The notes under the pieces are model-generated. The model had not been told where the DNA came from, searched no databases, and saw only the letters and a list, made by a program, of their open reading frames with translations. From Acholeplasmatales bacterium (GTDB taxonomy: Bacteria > Bacillota_I > Bacilli_A > Izemoplasmatales > Izemoplasmataceae), in NCBI GenBank assembly GCA_007694145.1, contig RECF01000067.1, forward strand, positions 53,960 to 117,959: 64,000 nt of DNA. Reading direction: 5' to 3'. Below are positions 38,368-46,375 of the stretch, one piece after another (position 1 is the stretch's first letter; each line of letters opens with the position of its first letter). Made by a program: the position numbers and the translations under genes.

Positions 38368-38372
38368 GTGAA

Positions 38373-38870
38373 TCATTCCTTTCGTTCGTTTTTGTGTCGT
38401 TCTAAGCAAGCTTCAAGCAAGGCAATGGCTTCATCCTTACCATGGAAGTCATACACGTCGACTTGCTTGTTTTGTTGCAGGTCCTTGTATGTCTTGAAGA
38501 AATGCTTGATTTCCCGCAACATGTGTTCTTGGATATCCTCCATTTCATGGATGTGGCTGAAACGGGGATCCGAGTCCATGACACTGATAATTTTGTGATC
38601 TTTTTCATCGTTGTCGACCATGTCGAGATAACCGATGACACGAGCATCGACAATGCACCCGGGAAACGTCTTAGTACTGGCGATGACGAGGATGTCTAAG
38701 GGATCGTTGTCTTCAGCAAGCGTGTTCTCAATATACCCATACTCAGCAGGATAGGTCATCTGCGAGTAGAGGACACGGTCGAGTTTGATGCGATTGCGTG
38801 TCTTGTCAATCTCATACTTGTTACGTGTTCCCATGGGGATTTCAATGATGGCTTCAATGACCCGGTCCAT
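38373..38870 (-). CDS. ppa: Inorganic pyrophosphatase, family I
   Basis: EIPMGTRNKYEID...DPLDILV is a family-I PPase signature. Confidence 0.9.
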   Translation of the reverse strand: MDRVIEAIIEIPMGTRNKYEIDKTRNRIKLDRVLYSQMTYPAEYGYIENTLAEDNDPLDILVIASTKTFPGCIVDARVIGYLDMVDNDEKDHKIISVMDSDPRFSHIHEMEDIQEHMLREIKHFFKTYKDLQQNKQVDVYDFHGKDEAIALLEACLERHKNERKE

Positions 38871-38930
38871 AGTATGCCTCCTAGTTACTTTGATTGTATC
38901 GTTTTTCCGACGTAATCAGATGGGCCATGC

Positions 38931-39341
38931 TCACAAATCTTTGGCCATCATGCGGTGCTCGATGTCGGCATCAAGAAAGATGTCACCATAGGCTTGATAG
39001 CCCAACTTCTCATAAAAAGGGATGACCGGTAGCTGCGCACCAAGCTCAAGACGGTCGATGGCGCACTGTCTCGCATGGGCTTCCACAGCCGACATCAACA
39101 TCCTACCAGCGTGCTTGTGGCGGTGCGTTTTGAGCACGGCGACCCGGCCGACTTTGTAACCGTTCAGTCGGGCTGCGCCGATGGCTTGATTACCCTCATA
39201 AAGCACAAAGAGTGTCGCGTGGTAATCATCGGCATCAAATTCTTCAGTCCAGTCGATGGCCTGCTCAACGATGAACACTTCACCGCGGATGCGGAAGTGA
39301 TCCAGAAGCGCCTGCTTTGTTTCGGCGATGACAACGTGCAT
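38931..39341 (-). CDS. GNAT-family N-acetyltransferase
   Basis: A GNAT fold with motif A (VAVLKTHRHKHAGRML). It is the first gene of the GNAT-ppa-osmC operon. Confidence 0.78.
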   Translation of the reverse strand: MHVVIAETKQALLDHFRIRGEVFIVEQAIDWTEEFDADDYHATLFVLYEGNQAIGAARLNGYKVGRVAVLKTHRHKHAGRMLMSAVEAHARQCAIDRLELGAQLPVIPFYEKLGYQAYGDIFLDADIEHRMMAKDL

Positions 39342-39462
39342 CGTACATCGTTCCTTCCTGATTGAGGGGTGATTTCTTGCGGTTAATTATACACGAAATC
39401 GTTTCAAAAATAAACAATCTATGGTAAAATGTGGGCAGTTCAACCTGAAAGGAGCGCAGCTT

Positions 39463-39819
39463 ATGTCGACAAATGAATGGATTTTGATTGGCGTTGCAAT
39501 CGGCGTGGTTGTGATATCTTCGGTTGTTATGTTGCTGAGGATGCGCTCGAAGGGTGCAAAGGAGAGGCTGCCTGAAGTCGACGCCCTGATTGCTTGTTTT
39601 GGCGCAGACAACATTCGCAGCATTGCTTTTGTCCGGAGTAAAATCAATGTGACCGTTAAGGACGTCATCACGACAGACATGGTCAGTCTGAAAGCGTTGG
39701 GTGCTGTCGGGATCAACTTGGTTGGACAACGCATCAAGTTTTACTTCGAACACGACAATGAAAAAATTTATGAAGCCCTGAAAAAAACACTGGGCGAGGC
39801 GGTGCAAGAACATGCGTAG
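39463..39819 (+). CDS. Membrane-anchored PTS EIIB(Glc)-like domain protein lacking the phosphorylatable cysteine
   Basis: One N-terminal TM helix (WILIGVAIGVVVISSVVMLL), then a domain that aligns with EIIB-Glc (ALIACFGADNIRSIAFVRSKINVTVKD...LKALGAVGINLVG). The position of the catalytic Cys (the C in DACITRLR) is occupied by Phe or Val. RBS aaaggagcgcagctt-ATG. Confidence 0.6.
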   Translation: MSTNEWILIGVAIGVVVISSVVMLLRMRSKGAKERLPEVDALIACFGADNIRSIAFVRSKINVTVKDVITTDMVSLKALGAVGINLVGQRIKFYFEHDNEKIYEALKKTLGEAVQEHA

Positions 39820-40072
39820 AGAATATGTGATTATCAATGAGCAGGGCGTTCACGCCCGACCGGCAACACATCTCGTTGCCAAAGCCAATGAGTTCAAGTC
39901 TTCCATTACTGTGACCCACGACACGACGACGGTCGACATGAAGTCGATTATGGGCGTTTTGTCGCTCGCGATCCATCGAGGTGCCTTGATTGTCGTTGAA
40001 ACCAAAGGCCCTGATGAAGTGGAAGCGATGGATGCCATCGATCGACTCATCAAAGAATTTAATATGCGTTAA
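39812..40072 (+). CDS. ptsH: Phosphocarrier protein HPr
   Basis: His15 motif GVHARPA and Ser46 motif KSIMGVLSL. The protein is 86 aa. Its start overlaps the preceding gene by 8 nt. Confidence 0.85.
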   Translation: MRREYVIINEQGVHARPATHLVAKANEFKSSITVTHDTTTVDMKSIMGVLSLAIHRGALIVVETKGPDEVEAMDAIDRLIKEFNMR

Positions 40073-40080
40073 CTTCTTAC

Positions 40081-40129
40081 ATAAAACATCCAGCTACTGG
40101 TTTCGACCAGTCAACTGGATGTTTTTTTC
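40081..40129. terminator. Bidirectional terminator between ptsH and the convergent trpS gene
   Basis: A 15-bp stem catccagctactgg...ccagtcaactggatg with flanking A-run and T-run. Confidence 0.7.
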
Positions 40130-41128
40130 TCAACCTTTGCGCCCGAGTCCGAGCTTATGGTTCAGTTTGGCAACTTTTCGCATGGCGACTTTCGCTGCAT
40201 AATCTCTGCCGGCATCGAGAAACGCATCGAGCTCGGGGTCTTGAATCAAGGCTTGATAGCGGGCTTGAATGGGTCGCAAAGCTTCGACAACGGTATCGGC
40301 TACGTGCTGTTTGAAGGTCGCATAAGTCGAGTGGGCGTGTTGTTGCTCAAGCGTTTCAATCGGGATGTCCGTCAAAGCGCTCAAGATGGCGAGAAGGTTA
40401 CTGATGCCGGGTTTGTTTTCTTTGTCGAAACGAACATGTGTATCTGAATCTGTAACGGCAGACATGATGCGCTTGCGGATGACTGGTTCGGGGTCAAGCA
40501 ACAAAATCCGCGATTTTTCGTTAGGGTCGGATTTGCTCATTTTCTGCGCCGGTTCAGTCAGGCTCATGATACGGGCGCCGACTTTCGGTGTAAGCAGTTT
40601 AGGCACGGTGAAGACTGCCCCGAGGCGGCTGTTGACCCGTTCGGCGATGTCCCGTGTCAGCTCTAGATGCTGCGTTTGATCCTCACCCACAGGGACATAC
40701 TCGGCATCATAAAGCAAAATGTCACCCGCCATCAAGACGGGATAGGTGAACAAGGCGGCACTGACGCCAGTTTCCTGCCGGCGGGCCTTTTCCTTGAACT
40801 GTGTCATCCGCTCAAGCTCACCGATGTAGGTAAAGCACTGCAACAGGTGGGCCACTTGCGAGTGGGCGGGTATTTCGGATTGGATGAATAGGCTGAGCCG
40901 CTCCTGTCGTAAACCGCATGCTAAATAAAGGGCGGCCAGTTCCCGGATGGTTTTCCGCAGTTCAAGTCGATCGCGTGGAATCGTGATGGCATGCAAGTCG
41001 GCGATAAACAGCATGAAATGGTGTTCGGGAAAGGTGTCTTGAAGTTTGACGAAATTGCGGATACTACCGAGATAGGTGCCAAGATTCAGCGAACCGGTCG
41101 GTTGGATACCTGAGACGATGTGTTTCAT
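40130..41128 (-). CDS. trpS: Tryptophanyl-tRNA synthetase
   Basis: MKHIVSGIQPTGSLNLGTYLG (HIGH-like motif) and KMSKS. Confidence 0.93.
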   Translation of the reverse strand: MKHIVSGIQPTGSLNLGTYLGSIRNFVKLQDTFPEHHFMLFIADLHAITIPRDRLELRKTIRELAALYLACGLRQERLSLFIQSEIPAHSQVAHLLQCFTYIGELERMTQFKEKARRQETGVSAALFTYPVLMAGDILLYDAEYVPVGEDQTQHLELTRDIAERVNSRLGAVFTVPKLLTPKVGARIMSLTEPAQKMSKSDPNEKSRILLLDPEPVIRKRIMSAVTDSDTHVRFDKENKPGISNLLAILSALTDIPIETLEQQHAHSTYATFKQHVADTVVEALRPIQARYQALIQDPELDAFLDAGRDYAAKVAMRKVAKLNHKLGLGRKG

Positions 41129-41134
41129 GGGCGT

Positions 41135-41372
41135 TGCCTCCTTTTAGAAATAGAAAGCGCCCTTGACAGAGTCAAAGGGCGCGTTGGGCGCGGTGCCACC
41201 TTTTTTCGAGCGCATGGGCGCTCCTTTTGTTCCTTAACGCGGAAAGACGGATGGGTTGCATCACTCACGGGTCCATTCATCGCGTCCTACCCTTCGGCTT
41301 GCACCATCCCGAAGTCGCTGTCGGTGTTGTTGCGCGATTACTCTATCCGTTCATCGTGTTACTATCATCTTA
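41135..41372 (-). promoter_or_regulatory. T-box riboswitch leader for trpS (minus strand)
   Basis: On the minus strand the T-box variant AAAAAAGGTGGCACCGCG is followed by the terminator gcccaacgcgcccttt...aagggcgc, then RBS aaaggagg and the ATG. A UGG-containing specifier region (gggatggtg) lies upstream. Confidence 0.75.
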
Positions 41373-41378
41373 CACGAT

Positions 41379-43139
41379 TCAAGCATCGAGTTCAAGTTCT
41401 AGTGCATCAAGTAGATCAGAAAGTCGTGTGACGACCGCTTTGAAGGCATGGGGATCGGTCAAGTCGATGCCGGCGCGGTGCACTTGTTCAACTGGGAAGG
41501 CATCCCCCCCAGATTCAAGTAGACGCATATGGTTCTCAATGTTACTTGGGTCAGCCTTGACCTGTTCAAAAAGCGTCAAGCTGGCTGCGAAACTGGTCGC
41601 ATACTGATACACGTAATAAGGGGTGTTGAAAAGATGGGGAATGTACGCCCAGACATAGGCTTTGCCGGGTTCTTGGGTAATGTCTAGGTCATAGAACTCT
41701 TTATAGAGGGCGATCATGATATTTGAGAGGGCTTCATGGGTGATGGGCTGCCCTGTTTCAGCGAGTTTGTGCGCCTCGAGTTCATAGGCCGCAAACAACG
41801 TTTGCCGATAAAAGGTCGCGGCGATGTCGTCGATGGACTGTTGCAGAAGCATGATTTTGTCTTCGCGGGTACCCATGTTGTTGTTGATGAAGTAATCAAG
41901 CAGGACATGCTCATTGAATGTTGAAGCAATCTCTGCGACGAAAATCGTGTAGCTTTGCGTGGCGATGGGTTGTTTTTCGGCCGCAAACAGTGAGTGCATG
42001 GCGTGACCGGCTTCGTGCGCGAGCGTGAAGACGCTGTTCAATGTGTCGTCGTAGTTGAGCAGGATGTAAGGATGTTCATCCAGTGCGCCCCAGGAGTACG
42101 CACCGGTTTGCTTACCGTCTTGCTCGTAAACATCGACATAGCCTTCCTTCAGTGCATCAACAGCTTTGTCTTGGAACCGTTTGTCAAGATGCGCAATCGA
42201 GTCCATGAACAACTGAACCGCTTCGTCATAAGTGAACTTGCTTTTGCTTTTCGCTAAGGGCATAAACCGATCAAACGTCCTGTGTTCTTTCAAGCCGAGG
42301 GCTTTCATGCGCAAGGCGTAGTAACGCTTGAGTAAGTCCGTGCTTTGCTTGGCGGTATCAATCAGATTGTGGAAAACAGCCGGGTCGATGTTGTTGCCAA
42401 ACAGGAAACTATCGAGGGTGCTTTGATAGTTTCTTGATCGCATCTTGGCAAGATCGGCCTGAAGCACGGTGTTGTAGATTTGCGCATAGCTGTGCTTATG
42501 GATTTCGTAGTGGGAAAAAATGGCTTTGAAGACGGTTTCACGGTCATCAGGATCGGGCAGGTCAGCCAGATAACTACGGAAGTTACCTTGGGTGATGGTC
42601 AGGGTCGAACCATCTTTCAAGGTCACATCCTTAGGTGTGTTGTCAGCGACGGCCAGCGCATTGTATGTGGCTGCGCCTTGTGAAGCGAGCTGTCGATAGT
42701 TGGCGAGCAAGGTTTCACTTTTCTCATCGAGGACATGGGCTTGTTGGTGAAATAACTTCTCAAGTGGAAAACGATATTCTTGCAGCCGAGTGTCTTTCTC
42801 AAGAAACCCCATGACCGTCTCCTTGCCAAGGCTGATGATTTCTGGGGCATCAAAGGCGGTGGCTTGTTGCAACTGGTTGAGCAAATAGCCGATTTTTTGC
42901 ACACGGCCGGCATGCTCGACATTTTTACGATTCAAGTCGCTTTTAAGTGCCGCATATTGATATAGGCGATACACCTTGACGGTCACTTCACGTTGATTGA
43001 GATAGTACGTTCTGAATGTCTCGAAATCATGTAGTTTTCCTTGAAAGGAAGAGACTTCCGCAATGACACCTTCGAGCCATTTCAGATCCTGTTCCCACGC
43101 TTCAACAGACGGGTAGAGATTATCCAAGTTCCATTTCAT
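41379..43139 (-). CDS. pepF: Oligoendopeptidase F (M3B family), copy 2
   Basis: HEAGHAMH zinc motif. The start is set at MKWNLDNLY after RBS acggagg. It is a paralogue of the gene at 12092-13846. Confidence 0.88.
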   Translation of the reverse strand: MKWNLDNLYPSVEAWEQDLKWLEGVIAEVSSFQGKLHDFETFRTYYLNQREVTVKVYRLYQYAALKSDLNRKNVEHAGRVQKIGYLLNQLQQATAFDAPEIISLGKETVMGFLEKDTRLQEYRFPLEKLFHQQAHVLDEKSETLLANYRQLASQGAATYNALAVADNTPKDVTLKDGSTLTITQGNFRSYLADLPDPDDRETVFKAIFSHYEIHKHSYAQIYNTVLQADLAKMRSRNYQSTLDSFLFGNNIDPAVFHNLIDTAKQSTDLLKRYYALRMKALGLKEHRTFDRFMPLAKSKSKFTYDEAVQLFMDSIAHLDKRFQDKAVDALKEGYVDVYEQDGKQTGAYSWGALDEHPYILLNYDDTLNSVFTLAHEAGHAMHSLFAAEKQPIATQSYTIFVAEIASTFNEHVLLDYFINNNMGTREDKIMLLQQSIDDIAATFYRQTLFAAYELEAHKLAETGQPITHEALSNIMIALYKEFYDLDITQEPGKAYVWAYIPHLFNTPYYVYQYATSFAASLTLFEQVKADPSNIENHMRLLESGGDAFPVEQVHRAGIDLTDPHAFKAVVTRLSDLLDALELELDA

Positions 43140-43313
43140 TTTTTCGCCTCCGTATGATATAATCATTCTTGATAATTATAACACAGGGGTATTTTTTCAC
43201 CAACCGAAAATGCAAGCGTTTTAGTGAAGTTTTTTCTAGGTATTTATTCTAAATTATGTTATAATTTAACTATAAAAATCAATATGGCATCTTTTTCCAA
43301 AGGAGGTTGTCCC

Positions 43314-43784
43314 ATGATTCAAATGTACACGACGCCCAGCTGTTCGTCTTGTCGAAAAGCAAAAAAATGGTTTGAAGAGCATCGCATCGAGTATCGCGAA
43401 AAGAATATATTCAACATCAGACTGACCCGTGAAGACATCATGTTGATGCTTCGGAATACAGAAAACGGTTTTGAAGATATCATTTCGACGCGGTCCAAAG
43501 TGTTTCAGGACCACGATCTCGACATCGATGAGATGTCTATGCGTGAACTGACTGACTTCATCATCACCAACCCGAGCGTTTTGCGTCGCCCCATCATCAT
43601 TGAAGGCAATAAAATGCAAGTGGGTTACAATGAAGATGAAATTCGGACTTTCATTCCCAAACGACTCAGAGAAATCATTATGTGCACGACGTGCGACAAA
43701 GGCGAAGACTGCGACTATGTCCATGCGCTTGAACAATATTTCCGCGAACTGCGCGAGAAAGAAAACACTCGAAAATCGGCTTGA
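43314..43784 (+). CDS. spx: Spx/ArsC-family global redox regulator with a roughly 25-aa Cys-containing C-terminal extension
   Basis: MIQMYTTPSCSSCRKAKKWFEEH (CxxC), ...ISTRSKVFQ..., and LRRPIIIEGNKMQVGYNEDEIRTF are near-identical to Spx. An extra tail ...IIMCTTCDKGEDCDYVHALEQYFRELREKENTRKSA follows. RBS aaaggagg. Confidence 0.8.
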   Translation: MIQMYTTPSCSSCRKAKKWFEEHRIEYREKNIFNIRLTREDIMLMLRNTENGFEDIISTRSKVFQDHDLDIDEMSMRELTDFIITNPSVLRRPIIIEGNKMQVGYNEDEIRTFIPKRLREIIMCTTCDKGEDCDYVHALEQYFRELREKENTRKSA

Positions 43785-43788
43785 CACT

Positions 43789-43816
43789 AAAAACACCAGC
43801 TTTGGTGTTTTTTTTG
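43789..43816 (+). terminator. Terminator after spx
   Basis: Stem aaacacca...tggtgttt followed by TTTTTT. Confidence 0.65.
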
Positions 43817-43915
43817 GGAAAAGAAAACGTTTTTAAATGGGGCCGGTTATTGTCTTTTTGGCGTAGTTTGGTATAATTGATAGTGTGCGATATATAAAAC
43901 TTAGGAGGTAACAAC

Positions 43916-44923
43916 ATGGCAGTAAAAGTAGCAATCAACGGTTTCGGACGAATCGGTCGCCTCGCTTACCGCGTAATGGGTGACAACCCGGATTTTGAAA
44001 TCGTCGCCTTGAACGACTTGACCGATGCTGAAAGTCTTGCGTACTTGCTCAAGTACGATACGGCTCAAGGACGTTATAAGGAAGACACCATCGAACATGA
44101 AGAAGGCGCCATCATCGTCGATGGCAAAAAGGTAAAGGTTTACGCAGAACGCGATCCGGAAAATCTGCCTTGGAAAGAACTTGGCGTCGATGTCGTGCTT
44201 GAATGCACAGGATTCTTTACTACCAAAGAAAAAGCGAACAAACATCTCATTGCCGGTGCGAAAAAAGTCGTCATCAGCGCACCCGCAAAAGGTGATCTGA
44301 AAACAGTCGTTTACAACGTCAACCATGATATACTCGATGGCAGTGAAGACATCGTGAGTGCAGCCAGCTGCACGACAAACTGTCTAGCACCAGTTGTCAA
44401 AGTCCTCGATGACGCCTTTGGTGTTGAACGTGGATTCATGACTACGGTCCATGCATATACCAACGATCAAAACACGCTTGACGGGCCGCACTCAAAAGGC
44501 ATCCATGCCCGCCGTGCCCGCGCCGCCGCAGAAAACATTGTCCCGACCACGACAGGTGCTGCCAGTGCTGTGGGTATCGTGTTGCCACATCTTAAAGGTA
44601 AACTCGACGGCATTGCCTTGCGTGTGCCAACCGTTACTGGTTCCGCTGTCGACCTTGTTGTTGAGTTGAAAAAAAGTGTGACGGTTGAGTCAGTCAATGC
44701 TGCGGTCAAGGCCGCTGCCAATGAGACACTCGGCTACACGGAAGACCCGATTGTCTCAAGCGACACCATCGGCATGCACTATGGTTCGCTGTTCGATGCC
44801 CAATGCACCAGTGTTTTGAACACCGAAAAGGGTCAACTTGTCAAAATCATCGCCTGGTATGACAATGAGATGAGTTACGTGGCTCAAATGGTCCGCACCA
44901 TCAAGTACCTCGCTTTGAACTAA
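43916..44923 (+). CDS. gap: Glyceraldehyde-3-phosphate dehydrogenase
   Basis: [15 protein letters not shown] and the active-site motif [10 protein letters not shown]. Confidence 0.95.
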   Translation: MAVKVAINGFGRIGRLAYRVMGDNPDFEIVALNDLTDAESLAYLLKYDTAQGRYKEDTIEHEEGAIIVDGKKVKVYAERDPENLPWKELGVDVVLECTGFFTTKEKANKHLIAGAKKVVISAPAKGDLKTVVYNVNHDILDGSEDIVSAASCTTNCLAPVVKVLDDAFGVERGFMTTVHAYTNDQNTLDGPHSKGIHARRARAAAENIVPTTTGAASAVGIVLPHLKGKLDGIALRVPTVTGSAVDLVVELKKSVTVESVNAAVKAAANETLGYTEDPIVSSDTIGMHYGSLFDAQCTSVLNTEKGQLVKIIAWYDNEMSYVAQMVRTIKYLALN

Positions 44924-44926
44924 CCC

Positions 44927-44957
44927 ACATGCCGCATCGTTGCGGCATGTTTTTTTT
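44927..44957 (+). terminator. Terminator after gap
   Basis: Stem catgccgca...tgcggcatg followed by TTTTTTTT. Confidence 0.7.
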
Positions 44958-45038
44958 ATGCTTTCTGATAATGCGCGCATCGTCTAGCGCTTGGTCATGC
45001 TATAATAAGGGGACACTATTTTTGAAAGGATGATTCTC

Positions 45039-46304
45039 ATGCGCGAACACGCCACGCAAACCCGGCAAAAACTATTGGCCCGTCTACCGGTCGGCGCCTT
45101 GGTCATTCTCTATGCGGGTGAGGCCCCGCACAAGAGCCTTGATCAGTATTATCGCTATACGCCACAACGGAACTTTTATTATGTGACCGGTCTTGACGCA
45201 CCCCATCAAATTCTTGTCATGGCCAAAGGGGAAGAGAAGACACACACGTGGTTGTTTATCGAAGAGAACACAGATTACATCATCAAGTGGGAAGGTGCTA
45301 GGATGACGAAATCTGAAGCCGCCGAAAGATCAGGCATCCCAGAAACAGACATCCATTATCTCGATGCATTTGAGAAACGCTTCAACCTACTGATGAATTA
45401 TGCCCGTAGTCCACTTGGAAACCCGCCAAGCACTCTCTATCTCGACCTCTATCATGTCCGCCCCGATGTAACGCCCGTCGCACTCAACTACGCTGAGGCC
45501 ATCCGTAAAAACTATCCCGAACTGTCCATCGAAAATGTCAATGCCCATTTAGCATACTTACGCATGTTCAAGACGCCGTTAGAAATTGAGTATATGCGCG
45601 ACGCCATCGACATGACACGTCAGGGCCTTGAAACCATCATGCGTCAATGTGCCTTGCGCACACATGAATATCAGCTTGAGGCTGACTTTCTTCATACCAT
45701 CACTGAAGCGGGTAGTGACGGCAACGCGTTTGATACGATTGCCGCTTCAGGCGGCAATGCGACCGTGCTTCATTACGTCAACAACCGTGACACTTTGTCA
45801 AAAGACGATTTGATTTTGCTTGACCTAGGTGCATTGAAAGGTCCTTATGCAGCGGATATATCACGCACGTACCCAATTGGTGGCACCTTCACCGATCGAC
45901 AAAAAACGTTGTATGAAATTGTCCTCTCCGTCAACAAAGCCACGATTGCGATGATCAAACCCGGTGTTACCTGGGAAGCCATCAATGCGTATGCGCGCAA
46001 CCTTTTGATTGAGAAATCAAAAGCCATCGGACTCATTAAGGAAGACAGTGAAATCAGCCAGTATTATTACCACTCCATCGGTCATTTCCTCGGTCTAGAT
46101 GTCCACGATGTCGGTCTGTATGATCTGCCGCTTCAAGCCGGGATGGTCCTCACCATCGAACCGGGGCTCTATGTCGCCGCTGAAAACATCGGCATCCGCA
46201 TCGAAGATGATGTCCTCGTCACTGAAGCGGGCGCCGAAAACCTCAGTCGAGACATCATCAAGGAAGTCGACGAGATTGAATCGTTTATGAAACACGCCCG
46301 CTGA
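45039..46304 (+). CDS. pepP: Xaa-Pro aminopeptidase (M24B family)
   Basis: M24 metal ligands in HSIGHFLGLDVHD and EPG...E motifs. There is an N-terminal creatinase-like domain. Confidence 0.82.
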   Translation: MREHATQTRQKLLARLPVGALVILYAGEAPHKSLDQYYRYTPQRNFYYVTGLDAPHQILVMAKGEEKTHTWLFIEENTDYIIKWEGARMTKSEAAERSGIPETDIHYLDAFEKRFNLLMNYARSPLGNPPSTLYLDLYHVRPDVTPVALNYAEAIRKNYPELSIENVNAHLAYLRMFKTPLEIEYMRDAIDMTRQGLETIMRQCALRTHEYQLEADFLHTITEAGSDGNAFDTIAASGGNATVLHYVNNRDTLSKDDLILLDLGALKGPYAADISRTYPIGGTFTDRQKTLYEIVLSVNKATIAMIKPGVTWEAINAYARNLLIEKSKAIGLIKEDSEISQYYYHSIGHFLGLDVHDVGLYDLPLQAGMVLTIEPGLYVAAENIGIRIEDDVLVTEAGAENLSRDIIKEVDEIESFMKHAR

Positions 46305-46318
46305 GGCGTGTTTTTTTC
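46291..46318 (+). terminator. Terminator overlapping the pepP stop codon
   Basis: Stem acacgcc...ggcgtgt followed by TTTTTTT. Confidence 0.65.
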
Positions 46319-46375
46319 AGACTTTTTCAAGGTTTGCCCGGTGCAAACATGCTATAATGGGTGCGAGGTGTCGCC

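Noticed and set aside
36776-40129. A block of about 3.4 kb downstream of tRNA-Gly (SPFH, osmC-ppa-GNAT, EIIB-like/HPr), considered as a tRNA-targeted genomic islet.
   Set aside because: There is no integrase or recombinase. I could not find a direct repeat of the tRNA 3' end. GC content looks similar to the flanks, and the genes are ordinary housekeeping or stress genes.
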